A stretch of 64,000 nt of DNA from the human T2T-CHM13v2.0 reference genome, Homo sapiens. The translations under genes were made by a program, and so were the position numbers. Positions 32,191 through 48,100 of this stretch are shown piece by piece. Each line of letters starts with the position of its first letter. Position 1 is the first letter of the stretch. The notes under the pieces were generated by a model that worked only from the letters and a program-made list of their open reading frames with translations, was not told the origin of the DNA and did no database searches. The stretch is from assembly GCF_009914755.1 (NCBI RefSeq), contig NC_060941.1. One strand, written 5' to 3'.

Positions 32191-32903
32191 CATGTCCTCC
32201 TCACATTCTTCCACCAGAGAAGAGGCCCCCTGAGCCCCCCGGACCTCCACCGCCGCCACCTCCACCCCCTCTGGTTGAAGGCGATCTTTCCAGCGCCCCC
32301 CAGGAGTTGAACCCAGCCGTGACAGCCGCCTTGCTGCAACTTTTATCCCAGCCTGAAGCAGAGCCTCCTGGCCACCTGCCACATGAGCACCAGGCCTTGA
32401 GACCAATGGAGTACTCCACCCGACCCCGTCCAAACAGGACTTATGGAAACACTGATGGGCCTGAAACAGGGTTCAGTGCCATTGACACTGATGAACGAAA
32501 CTCTGGTCCAGCCTTGACAGAATCCTTGGTCCAGACCCTGGTGAAGAACAGGACCTTCTCAGGCTCTCTGAGCCACCTTGGGGAGTCCAGCAGTTACCAG
32601 GGCACAGGGTCAGTGCAGTTTCCAGGGGACCAGGACCTCCGTTTTGCCAGGGTCCCCTTAGCGTTACACCCGGTGGTCGGGCAACCATTCCTGAAGGCTG
32701 AGGGAAGCAGCAATTCTGTGGTACATGCAGAGACCAAATTGCAAAACTATGGGGAGCTGGGGCCAGGAACCACTGGGGCCAGCAGCTCAGGAGCAGGCCT
32801 TCACTGGGGGGGCCCAACTCAGTCTTCTGCTTATGGAAAACTCTATCGGGGGCCTACAAGAGTCCCACCAAGAGGGGGAAGAGGGAGAGGAGTTCCTTAC
32901 TAA
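32191..32903 (+). CDS. CDK12: CDK12 last coding exon 14: Pro-rich region, C-terminal RGG, stop TAA
   Basis: ccttccacag|CATGT, phase 1 from exon 13, gives (A)CPPHILPPEKRPPEPPGPPPPPPPPP...PPRGGRGRGVPY*. Confidence 0.97.
32218..32903 (+). CDS. CDK12: CDK12 exon 14 short form, using an acceptor 27 nt downstream (9 aa shorter)
   Basis: Second acceptor tcacattcttccaccag|AGAAG is in frame (27 nt). Consistent with the known 1490 versus 1481 aa isoform pair. Confidence 0.85.
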
Positions 32904-33674
32904 CCCAGAGACTTCAGTGTCCTGAAAGATTCCTTTCCTATCCATCCTTCCATCCAGTTCTCTGAATCTTTAATGAAATCATTTGCCAGAGCGAGGTAAT
33001 CATCTGCATTTGGCTACTGCAAAGCTGTCCGTTGTATTCCTTGCTCACTTGCTACTAGCAGGCGACTTACGAAATAATGATGTTGGCACCAGTTCCCCCT
33101 GGATGGGCTATAGCCAGAACATTTACTTCAACTCTACCTTAGTAGATACAAGTAGAGAATATGGAGAGGATCATTACATTGAAAAGTAAATGTTTTATTA
33201 GTTCATTGCCTGCACTTACTGATCGGAAGAGAGAAAGAACAGTTTCAGTATTGAGATGGCTCAGGAGAGGCTCTTTGATTTTTAAAGTTTTGGGGTGGGG
33301 GGTTGTGTGTGGTTTCTTTCTTTTGAATTTTAATTTAGGTGTTTTGGGTTTTTTTCCTTTAAAGAGAATAGTGTTCACAAAATTTGAGCTGCTCTTTGGC
33401 TTTTGCTATAAGGGAAACAGAGTGGCCTGGCTGATTTGAATAAATGTTTCTTTCCTCTCCACCATCTCACATTTTGCTTTTAAGTGAACACTTTTTCCCC
33501 ATTGAGCATCTTGAACATACTTTTTTTCCAAATAAATTACTCATCCTTAAAGTTTACTCCACTTTGACAAAAGATACGCCCTTCTCCCTGCACATAAAGC
33601 AGGTTGTAGAACGTGGCATTCTTGGGCAAGTAGGTAGACTTTACCCAGTCTCTTTCCTTTTTTGCTGATGTGTG

Positions 33675-33724
<50 letters not shown>

Positions 33725-33760
33725 GTCTCGCTTGCTCGCTCTCGCTGTTTCTCTCTCTTT
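33675..33760 (+). repeat. (CT)n microsatellite in the 3' UTR
   Basis: Direct reading; interrupted CT run. Confidence 0.95.
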
Positions 33761-36103
33761 GAGGCATTTGTTTGGAAAAAATCGTTGAGATGCCCAAGAA
33801 CCTGGGATAATTCTTTACTTTTTTTGAAATAAAGGAAAGGAAATTCAGACTCTTACATTGTTCTCTGTAACTCTTCAATTCTAAAATGTTTTGTTTTTTA
33901 AACCATGTTCTGATGGGGAAGTTGATTTGTAAGTGTGGACAGCTTGGACATTGCTGCTGAGCTGTGGTTAGAGATGATGCCTCCATTCCTAGAGGGCTAA
34001 TAACAGCATTTAGCATATTGTTTACACATATATTTTTATGTCAAAAAAAAAACAAAAACCTTTCAAACAGAGCATTGTGATATTGTCAAAGAGAAAAACA
34101 AATCCTGAAGATACATGGAAATGTAACCTAGTTTAGGGTGGGTATTTTTCTGAAGATACATCAATACCTGACCTTTTTTAAAAAAATAATTTTAAAACAG
34201 CATACTGTGAGGAAGAACAGTATTGACATACCCACATCCCAGCATGTGTACCCTGCCAGTTCTTTTAGGGATTTTTCCTCCAAAGAGATTTGGATTTGGT
34301 TTTGGTAAAAGGGGTTAAATTGTGCTTCCAGGCAAGAACTTTGCCTTATCATAAACAGGAAATGAAAAAGGGAAGGGCTGTCAGGATGGGATAATTTGGG
34401 AGGCTTCTCATTCTGGCTTCTATTTCTATGTGAGTACCAGCATATAGAGTGTTTTAAAAACAGATACATGTCATATAATTTATCTGCACAGACTTAGACC
34501 TTCAGGAAACATAGGTTAAGCCCCCTTTTACAAAGAAAAAGTAAACATACTTCAGCATCTTGGAGGGTAGTTTTCAAAACTCAAGTTTCATGTTTCAATG
34601 CCAAGTTCTTATTTTAAAAAATAAAATCTACTTATAAGAGAAAGGTGCATTACTTAAAAAAAAAAAAACTTTAAAGAAATGAAAGAAGAACCCTCTTCAG
34701 ATACTTACTTGAAGACTGTTTTCCCCTGTTAATGAGATATAGCTAGATATCGGTGTGTGTATTTCTTTATTATTCTCTGGTTTTTGATCTGGCCTTGCCT
34801 CCAGGGCCAAACACTGATTTAGAAAGAGAGCCTTCTAGCTATTTTGGCATTGATGGCTTTTTATACCAGTGTGTCCAGTTAGATTTACTAGGCTTACTGA
34901 CATGCTATTGGTAAATCGCATTAAAGTTCATCTGAACCTTCTGTCTGTTGACTTCTTAGTCCTCAGACATGGGCCTTTGTGTTTTAGAATATTTGAATTT
35001 GAGTTATTGGGCCCCACTCCCTGTTTTTTATTAAAGAACGTGAGCCTGGGATACTTTCAGAAGTATCTGTTCAATGAAAAAAAGTTGGTTTCCCATCAAA
35101 TATGAATAAAATTCTCTATATATTTCATTGTATTTTGGTTATCAGCAGTCATCAATAATGTTTTTCCCTCCCCTCTCCCACCTCTTATTTTTAATTATGC
35201 CAAATATCCTAAATAATATACTTAAGCCTCCATTCCCTCATCCCTACTAGGGAAGGGGGTGAGTGTATGTGTGAGTGTATGTGTATGTATGATCCCATCT
35301 CACCCCCACCCCCATTTTGGGAGTCTTTTAAAATGAAAACAAAGTTTGGTAGTTTTGACTATTTCTAAAAGCAGAGGAGAAAAAAAAACTTATTTAAATA
35401 TCCTGGAATCTGTATGGAGGAAGAAAAGGTATTTGTTAATTTTTCAGTTACGTTATCTATAAACATGATGGAAGTAAAGGTTTGGCAGAATTTCACCTTG
35501 ACTATTTGAAAATTACAGACCCAATTAATTCCATTCAAAAGTGGTTTTCGTTTTGTTTTAATTATTGTACAATGAGAGATATTGTCTATTAAATACATTA
35601 TTTTGAACAGATGAGAAATCTGATTCTGTTCATGAGTGGGAGGCAAAACTGGTTTGACCGTGATCATTTTTGTGGTTTTGAAAACAAATATACTTGACCC
35701 AGTTTCCTTAGTTTTTTCTTCAACTGTCCATAGGAACGATAAGTATTTGAAAGCAACATCAAATCTATACGTTTAAAGCAGGGCAGTTAGCACAAATTTG
35801 CAAGTAGAACTTCTATTAGCTTATGCCATAGACATCACCCAACCACTTGTATGTGTGTGTGTATATATAATATGCATATATAGTTACCGTGCTAAAATGG
35901 TTACCAGCAGGTTTTGAGAGAGAATGCTGCATCAGAAAAGTGTCAGTTGCCACCTCATTCTCCCTGATTTAGGTTCCTGACACTGATTCCTTTCTCTCTC
36001 GTTTTTGACCCCCATTGGGTGTATCTTGTCTATGTACAGATATTTTGTAATATATTAAATTTTTTTCTTTCAGTTTATAAAAATGGAAAGTGGAGATTGG
36101 AAA

Positions 36104-36109
36104 ATTAAA
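36104..36109 (+). terminator. Candidate main poly(A) signal (ATTAAA)
   Basis: ATTAAA preceded by TGTA elements and a second ATTAAA at 36054, followed by T-rich sequence. AATAAA 36325-36330 is an alternative. Confidence 0.55.
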
Positions 36110-39100
36110 TATTTCCTGTTACTATACCACTTTTGCTCCATTGCATTTACTTCTTAATCTGTACCCCCTGAGCATATCTAATCATGTATAAAGGACGTTT
36201 TTCCTCCACTTTATCTTAGGGGTTCTCTGTCTCAGAATCATTATAGACTCATTAACTCCCCCTCCCAGCAAAAGGTTATCAGGATTTGAAGAGGTGCTTG
36301 AAAACGCTAGACTAGGAACTAGAGAATAAATGAGTTGGGAAAAACCATGAAATGTGATTTTTTTAAAGTAGAAAAGTTATACAAATAATGGTACCAAACC
36401 ATCAAAAGAGTTGAGCTTCATGTACCCTGACTCCTCCTGACAGGAGAGGTAAGTGGGTTTGAGCTCAACTGTCATCAAGGGAAGTTGGTAAGAGGCTGTT
36501 TAGACCCAAAGGATAGTCTTAAACCAGACTTCACCACCCACCCTACCTCAGTTCCCATGTTATTACATGCAGAGTCAGCATGGGGATTAGTGTACCTACC
36601 TTTGCTGAGATTTCCCGATGCGTTGCCAATCCAGAAAGTGAATCAAAAAGTTGTTTAAAAGTTAAAATCTCTATTGTTTCCAAAATCTTTCCCATCTCCA
36701 CCTGAAGACAGAATTGCTTCCCCTTCTCTTTCATGGCTTAGAACACAGGATAAATTTGCCCCTGTGGTATGTGCTGCAATCCTGCTAGTTATGACAAATG
36801 GGCAGAGGGCAGATAAAGTCCACTAGGAGAAAGAAAGAAGGGCGATAGGTATCTGAAGTTGTAAATGGGGTGAGCAAGTCATACAGGAAGGTTAAGGGAT
36901 ACACCAGAGCAAGGGAAATTAGAAGGAAGTTGAGTTCAAAAACTGGTGATGATGAGAGTTGCTAACCTGTTTTTGAATCCTCAAAAGTTTAAGTGGTGTT
37001 CCCTTTCCTGTGGGCTAAGTCACATCTTATAAGGAGAATGGAGAGCTCAAGATTGTTCCAATTTCTGGAATTATGTGTTCCTGGTTGCAAGTTCATGATT
37101 GGGGTATAAACTTCAACCTACTAGAAAATACTGTTTTCACTTCATAGCAGTGAAAATTGAAGCAGTGTCTTTTCAATTCTGGGCCTAAAGGCTGAGGACC
37201 TTACTAACCTAGATTTTTCTGTCATACCCAAGGCCATTTCTAACCAGAAACCATGCTGTTCAGTACCTCAATTTCTTAGGCACTGTTCTTTCCTAGATAG
37301 GCATCCTTAACTGTATGGTTAATGCCTCAAAGAAGTAAACAGTTAATGCTCTTGGTGCTGATCTTGGGATTTCCATTGTTATTAAAGATTGCCTCATAGC
37401 TTGACTGTTTTTTAACTATGGAGTGACTTTTCATATCCTAATCATCCATAAGGGCTAAGTGGAATGGGAATGGGGAATTCCTCAAGGGAGGAAGCACTCA
37501 ACCATTCCAAGGGAGAGGTGGAACTGCTGAGTCTTCTGGTTGTCCTGAGAGGCAAGGTGAGCATTCCTGGACACTTTGGTTAATTTTACTGTCCAGGTGT
37601 GACAGTTCTTATCTGTAGGAACACCTCCAGTGTTCCTAATTAGGAATTCTCTCAAGTAGGAGATTACTCCAAGCCAGAGTTGAAAGACTGGGGGAGTACG
37701 ACACCTGAAGGAATTACTGGTGGTACTCCTTACTGTACGCAACTGTCTCTCCATCTCCTATCCACCCACTTCTTTTCCCTATTTCTCTTTCTCCCCACTC
37801 ACCATTCAACTGGAATAATTTAGGCCTACCATCGGTATTGATTGCTTAACCCTACCAGGTATTTAGAGTTACTGCTATTTCATTGTTTTGAAAGGTAATG
37901 AGAGTCAATTCAGAAGACAAATGTCTATCTGGATCCTCAACCTACTGTAGTGGAAAGTGAAGGAGAAAGTAAACTAACCATACTTTCTTATTGCTAGGAG
38001 CTATGAAAGGAGCTTTTCATTTGTGTTATGTAGGGTACAAAAGATTATTTTGTACCCTGGCCAGGAAAGGCAGGGAGTCATCTTTCTGTCTTCCTGCTTC
38101 CCCTCTTTCAACCTTCACCTTTTTATCCTCTTCTTCCATATCCTGAGATTGTTGCTTTTGCTGATGACATTTCTAAGCTCAGTTGCAGATGGTGTCTGTG
38201 GGAAGTAAAGCTTGGTGAGAAGAGGGCTCTCTGGTATCTAAGAGAAAGCAGATAAGAGTTGCTTTAATGTCCTGGTGATTAATCACTGGGGTGCCAAAAC
38301 ACTTTGACCACTGGATTTCTCTCATATCTCTTATCTCAAAAAATTAGTACTCCAAGGCTGAGAGAAAGAGACTGATACTGAGTTTGTCTTTCATACCCTC
38401 TAAGTGGGTAGTTTGTTAGTGGACCATTCTCAATTTGCAACCTTCAGCTACAGCATACTTCTGTGGAATAAGAAGGTATAGCCATGAAATAAATTTACTT
38501 AGACCCAGGTTCTCTAGGACCTGTAAATGGATGGACTTTTTGATATCTTGCTCTGGCATGTTTGTAAACTACAGATAGTATTGACAGCTCTAAAGGAATG
38601 AAGGGCATTTTATCCAGGCCAAACCAACCCTGAGGGAGGCAGCATGAAGAAACCTTTAAGAAGTCCACCATATAGCAGTCAGAGCTAAGTAAAGAACAAA
38701 GTCTGAGTCTTGGAGGATGTCTTTTCTCTACCTAAGGGGCCTATCTGATGGACTCTCTAGGAGGGGATCCTTCTCCCTCCTCAGTCTCAGAACTACAATA
38801 GTGCCTAATGAGGGACACCCTTGGTGAGGATCAGCTTGTAGATGACCCTCCTCACCAAGGCTAATGCAATTTTGAATGCATTTGGACCTGGAGAAAACAG
38901 GCTGAATTCAAAGACCTAAAGAAAGCTTAGTAGCCTGGTCCCTTTTTTAAAGTCTGGAACTTTTTAGTTTGGCCTTATACTAGTGTTAATATTTATAATT
39001 TCTGTTAGGGGACCAAAAGTCTCAGAAAATGAAGCAATATAAGAGGTGGAAATAAGGGTAAGAAGGGAGAACTAGAAGAGTCTGGTAGCTGGGCTGCAGA

Positions 39101-39118
39101 AAGAGACTTGGGGTATAA

Positions 39119-40540
<1,422 letters not shown>

Positions 40541-41089
40541 AAGGCTAGTATCCTGAGCAATATGTAGGAGATAAAAGGGAGTGGTAGACCACGTTTTTCT
40601 CTCTAACCACACAGGGCTAAACTAGAGGAAGTAAAGAGTCAGCATTTGAGAGTGAGGTTAATCTAAGGAAGTATTTGCCAAACTGTTGAAAGCGACTCAT
40701 AAATAACTTCTCCATTCCTAGAGACCTTCCAAAACATGTTGATAAGAGTTAGGACTGATAGGGACCAAGATTACTCTTGGCTCTGGAATTGATTTTCATT
40801 TTGGAAAATCAAGTCATGACCTGAGAATGTGGGATTAATTGTACAAATAGGAAACAAAATGGAGCTTCTCATCCTAAAATGTCTTCAAAGAGAATAGTAT
40901 TTATCTACCATGAATGAAGGAGATAAATTCCTTTGGTGACTGTACTTGTTTTTTTGTTTTGTTTTGTAACACTTTGAAGTCATGAAACTGAATTTGTAAT
41001 CTTGGGGAGATTCAGTGCCAAGTTCAAGGCAGGTGGCAATTTGAAAATTGACAGAATAAGATTGTGTTCCTCATGGTTGTTTGATATAA

Positions 41090-41950
41090 TATCCCAATAG
41101 TTATACCATGAGGGCTGCTTCAGTGGGGAGCATTAATATCATTAGCAGAGGCATGTCCTGTGTACAGACAGGACAACCTCTGAGGAAGAAGACTGGGGGA
41201 GGGTCCCACCTTCAGGAAGCTTCTGGGTCTTGTGAGAGAGGTCAGTCTTACAGCTGGTGGAGAGTGGGGAATCTGTAAGTCAACATATCAATGCAGGTTG
41301 TAATATAAAACTATTATAATAAGAGGAAACCAAAGGAAAGAAATAATCGGAGAAAGTGGACTTATTCAGAAACAATTATTTGAAAATAAAGAAGATAGGG
41401 GACATAGAACAGAAGAGGAAGGTGAGCAGTGGGAGGAATCTCATGGAAGAGGGCTCATGTATGTTTTGTGCAGAGGCTGTGAATTGGCTGACCAGAATGG
41501 TACAGGAAAGGAGTATTAGGAAATGAAGTTGGAGGAGCAATCTCATTGGCTTGAATGAGGAATTTGATTTGTTAAGCAGTAGCAGGGAACAGAGCATGAT
41601 GAGATGAAAATCACATTGAGGACTTTTGTAGCAGTACTTGGTCAAGGAAGCAGGAAAGTTCACTAAAATATTATTGTTCTTGCCAAGACATGAAGCACTG
41701 AGAGTTTACAGTAGAGTAAGACAAGGAGAATCAGAGGAAAGAAAGTGGGTCCATAGGAATTAGCAAGGCTTGGTCACAGCTTGGATGTGAGGAGAGGGAT
41801 AAAAGCCTCAGGATGATGATCCCAAGACACATTTGTGCTGTTGGTGGTGATGAAAGCTTGATAAGAGGGAACTGCTTTGTTTTTAAGTAGGAAGTGTTTT
41901 GTCTTATTAACCAATTGATAGGATGTGTCAATGTTCAGTATTGCAGAGTC
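41090..41950. mobile_element. Degraded L2-like segment
   Basis: Purine-rich sequence with L2-like phrases (ttggatgtgaggagagggataaaagcctcaggatgatgatcccaag). Confidence 0.5.
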
Positions 41951-42925
41951 TAGGAGGGGGCACTGCCCCTGGAGGATAGTGGAGCATGCACCATGTGTCC
42001 AGATGATAACCTGCATGCACCCTGCCCTTTTCAGGTTGAAGAACCAGGCAAGAGGGAGTCTGTTGCTAGGGTGTGCCCATAGACTTCAAGAATGCTATCC
42101 TACTCTGGATCTGGGAAAGAAAATAGTATTTTTGCCAGTTTCTTCCCCTTTAATGCTTTGAAAATGGGATATGACTAGCCTGTGACAGCATGTGCCTGTG
42201 GATGCACAATTCTCTAGCTTGATTCTTGGAAGGCCTTTTTCTGTCCCTCCCTAGGGATCATTTGTATCTCTGATTCCTGCTCCCAGAGCCATAAAGTGGG
42301 AGCCCCCATTTATTAATTGGGCTGGGACTGGGGCGGGGGTCGGCGGGGGACTCTTTAGTGCGGCAGGCGGGGGTCTTCCCGAATGAGCCCATTAGCCAGC
42401 CCCAACGGCAGCTGAAACGGGGCCTCAGCCAAGTCCTCTCTGTTTCAAAAACCCTCCATTGCCTGCAGCAGATCAGAACAAGGCCTGCGGGAGCCCTTAG
42501 CTTCTGATTGCAGCTGAGAGGAAGGACAAAACAATTTATAGGAAGCCAAGTAGCTCCTGTCTCACTGTGTCTTCCTTTCCAACTTTGGGGAAGGGGAAGA
42601 CTGGGATATGGTGTCGCCTCCCACCATGGCTTGTTACAGGCTTAAAGTAGGGGAGAATGAGAGTATATGGACATTGATTGAACACTTATGTCAATGCTGT
42701 GGATGTGTTTACACATGTCCCTGCTTTCTTCTTCCCATCTACACACAGTTGAGTTGGATTAGCAGCTACTACTTATGGGGGGCTCCCTAGGTGTGTGCTA
42801 AGTCTGGGGGGTGGGGAGGTATGCTTATCATACTCCTTCCTGCCCCATACCTGCTCTCAGTCTCCCATTTGCTTTATCAAAATTCAGGGTTAGAGTTAGA
42901 CTGCCTCAACTTCTTTTCCTCTTAA

Positions 42926-43173
<248 letters not shown>

Positions 43174-43709
43174 TGATCAGCCCGCCTCAGCCTCCCAAAG
43201 TGCTGGGATTACAGGCGTGAGCCACCGCATCCGGCCCCGAGTTTGGCTCTTAAAGGAAGGCCTCCTTCTGAAACATACTTGTCCCTTCGGTTAAGCCAGC
43301 AAGGGAAAGGTAGGCATCTATAGGGGAGTTTCTCTGCAGTGGCCCAGAGAGAAGCTGTAAAGGGCAGGAATGAATGTATCACTTCCTGATGGAATGACAC
43401 GTCTTCTCCCTTAGGGAATCATAGATTGCCAGGGCTAGGAAAGAGGTCAGGTAATCTAACCTCTCCCTTTACAGAGCAGGAAACTGAGGCTTAAGGAAGG
43501 AAAGTGCCTTGCCCACGCAGTCTCACAGCGAGTTAATGGCAGCCAGCCAGAACTAGATCCAAGAGGCCAGAATCTTGACTTCTGCGAGTAGAGTGCCCCC
43601 AACTTTAAGATGACCCTTTCCTGAGAGCCCTGAGCTTCTTCAGGAAAGGAAGGATGGACTGTGAGATTTGAGGAGGGAGAGAGAGATTGAGGGGGAAAGG
43701 TAGATCTAG

Positions 43710-43905
<196 letters not shown>

Positions 43906-45828
43906 TAATTTTTTTGTATTATGTAGCCTGGCTAATTTTTTTGTATTTTTAGTAGAGACGGGGTTTCACCATGTTGGCCAGTCTGATCTCAAACTCCTGA
44001 CCTCAGGTGATCTGCCTGCCTCGGCCTCCCAAAGTGCTGGGATTACAGGCGTGAGCCACCGCGCCCAGCCTCTTATTTTCTTTTTCTTTTTCTTTTCTTT
44101 TTTTTTGAAACGGCGTTTCATTCTTGTTGCCCAGGCTGGAGTGCAATGGTACGATCTTGGCTCACCACAACCTCTGGCCTCCCGGGTTTGAGCAACTCTC
44201 CTGCCTCAGCCTCCCAAGTAGCTGGGATTACAGGCATGTGTCACCATGCCCGGCTAATTTTGTATTTTTAGTAGAGATGGGGTTTCACCATGTTGGTCAG
44301 GCTGGTCTTGAACTCCTGACCTCAGGTGATCCACCCACCTGAGCCTCCCAAAGTGCTGAGATTACAGGCGTGAGCCACTGCACCCAGTCTAAGAATAATC
44401 TTTCAATGACATGCAGATTATACAAGTGTAATTTTTATTTAAAGTCAAGAGGCTGGTTCATTGGGAAGCAGATGGCAGCCACAGCCAAAGATCCTGATGC
44501 CCTCAGAGTTAACCCAAACTTCAAAGAGCATTTTGCAACTATCTCTGGAGGTTGGATAGCAGGAAAAGATCCTTAGAGGCAATGTGAGGAATTCACCCTA
44601 AATCTCAACTGAAGCTCTTTTGCTATATTGAAAAGAAAAAGGGAATGGAGAAAGAAAACACATCGGCTAGAAAACTATGGTGGCGGAAGGGGGTCCCTGA
44701 ATGAGAGATGAGATGATAGAACTCAGCAAAAAGAGGTATGCTCTGAGATTACAGGAAAATGGTAAGGGGACCTTCTCCTCTCCTTTATTTTAGTTTTTAA
44801 AGTTTTGAGTTGTTTGATATTCTCCTTTGATGAGGCAGAAGGAAGGTGGTATGTGGTGATCCACAGTGGCCTAAATACCCTAAATAGTGTGTTCAGTTGG
44901 CTGACACGCATTGCTGGTTCTGTAAGTCATCTCAGTCTGGTGCCAAGATGCCTTTCCCTCTTTAGACCCCTCCTGGATGTATCTACAGTCCCTTCCAGTG
45001 TTTGCTTTCTCTGAGCATATGAGTCTGGGAGCCACTGATGAGCAGAGAGTGGAATGCTGGAGCATGCCTAGGCTGGAAGCAGAATGGTGAAGGGAGGAGG
45101 GCATCATTGGGCAGATTAGAAAGAGTTAATGGGTCTAGGGGAGAGGTACTGGGGATCTGCAAAGTGAATATTGTCTGCTGCTGATGAAGAAATAGATCCC
45201 AGTACATATCCTTTACGTTTTGTTCATCAACTTTGATAGACAGCATAGAGGAAATGTGGAACTGGTCTCCATGTAAATTTGTCTCTAGGGAATGTATGAT
45301 AGACCTACTTGTCCAGATTACATTAAGTTTGCTGTCCTGCAAACCTCCTTTCTCACAGTCAGGATCCTTTTTTGCCTTAGAGTCCTTCCTGAAGGAGCTG
45401 TTATGGATGAGAGAGCCACAAGTCCAACCTCATGATCTGATCTAAAACTGGGTGGCCTCCTCCCAGTCACCTTCTTTTATTAGCCTTATATTAACCATTA
45501 ACCTTCATTGATCTTTATGATTCTGGGTTTCACAGCTTCTGTTTCTGTTGAATTCCCTAACTTTAAGAACCATGTTTTTGCTTTTATCAGCCTGGGAGCT
45601 AGGTCCCTGGAGACAAGAATTTTAGAACAGTTATGACTCTCTCTGGGAGTGTACTAAGGTTAGTCTGAATCCTTCTGGGGAATTCAGGTTTGAAGGAGTT
45701 AGAAGAGTGCTAACATCACCGTCACTGTTACCTACCAATGGATGCTTCCTGGGTGCAAGACCAAAGATGTTCTTTGGTGTCTAGTCCCTTGTCTCATGTC
45801 TAATGTAACCTGCCATTTTCCTTTACAG

Positions 45829-45857
45829 GTAGGAGCAACGGTGGGAATGCCCTCTGA
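45829..45857 (+). CDS. CDK12: Candidate distal alternative exon giving C-terminus GRSNGGNAL*
   Basis: ctaat branch-like motif, then ccattttcctttacag|GTAGG. Phase-1 join to exon 13 reads GRSNGGNAL TGA. Possible donor CCAG|gtaggg at 45940/45941. Confidence 0.55.
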
Positions 45858-46952
45858 GGAATGCAGTGATGTCCATCAGTCACCTCTCACCCAGAGCCTG
45901 GCAAATTCAGTCTCTTTCACAGAACCTAAAGCCAAGCCAGGTAGGGGCCTAAAGCCAATCAGAGGTCACTGGCCTGCTTTTGTGTGGGATGACCCTACTC
46001 CCATCCCACCCCACCCCACCCCTGGTCTTAGAGAAGTTTCTTTCTTTTTTTTTTCTTTTTTAATTTTTATTTTTTGAGACAGAGTCTCACTCTGCCGCCC
46101 AAGCTGGAGTGCAGTGGCGCAATCTCAGCTCACTTCAACCTGCGCCTCCGGGGTTCAAGTGATTCTCGTGCCTCAGCCTCTTGAGTGGCTGGGTAACAGG
46201 CGATCTTTTTTTTTTTTTTTTTTTTTTTATGGAGTTTTGCTCCTGTTGCCCAGGCCGGAGTGCAGTGGCATGATCTCGGCTCACCGCAACCTCCGCCTCC
46301 CGGGGTTCAAGCGATTCTCCTGCCTTAGCCTCCTGAGTAGCTGCGGTTACAGGCATGCACCACCACACCCGGCTCATTTTGTATTTTTAGTAGAGATGGG
46401 GTTTCTCCATGTTGGTCAGGCTGGTCTCCAACTCCCGACCTCAGGTAATCCGCCCGCCTCAGCCTCCCAAAGTGCTGGGATTACAGGCGTGAGCCACCGC
46501 ACCAGGCTAACAGGTGATCTCAGGGAAGTTTCTTATTCCGAAAGATCTCCAGAGGAGTTTCCTTAGCTTTTTATTTGACCCTATATTCTGATGTTCTGCC
46601 TTCTGATTAATAGATTCTCCCTTCCAGCTAGAGCAGGTAACCCCCTTTCTTGGCATTCCTGTTCTTTCCTCTTGTCCAGCTGTGCTAATGGATGTTCCTC
46701 TACAGTGGGTTGCTGATGTCAGTTAGTGGGTTACTCTCAGCCCTCTCCTCCAGGGCAGCTAGCCCTCTAGCCCACAACCCCATCTATATACACAGCCTTG
46801 CAGGGTCTCACTCCTGTTGCCCAGGCTGTAGTGCAATGGCATTATCATAGCTCACTGCAGCCTCAGGTGATTTCTCCTACCTCATCCTCCTGAGTAGCTG
46901 GGACTAGAGGCGTGTGCCACCATGCCTAGGTAATTTTTTGTATTTTTAATAG

Positions 46953-47201
<249 letters not shown>

Positions 47202-47308
47202 TGAGCAGCTGGGATTACAGGTGCCCGCCACTACGCCTGGCTAATTTTTGGTATTTTTAGTAGGGACGGGGTTTCACCATGTTGGCCAGGCTGGTCTTGA
47301 ACTCCTGA

Positions 47309-47579
<271 letters not shown>

Positions 47580-47605
47580 TAACCAGGATGGTCTCGATCT
47601 CCTGA

Positions 47606-48100
<495 letters not shown>

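Larger units (their letters stand above)
32904..36140 (+). other. CDK12: CDK12 3' UTR (end approximate)
   Basis: Alu-free, AT-rich sequence after the stop, with several poly(A) hexamers. End placed about 20-30 nt after ATTAAA 36104-36109. Confidence 0.75.

Noticed and set aside
34039-34161. Short direct repeats 45 nt apart in the 3' UTR (CTGAAGATACAT twice; TGTCAAA..AAACAAA twice)
   Set aside because: They do not form a continuous tandem unit and are plausible by chance in A-rich sequence.
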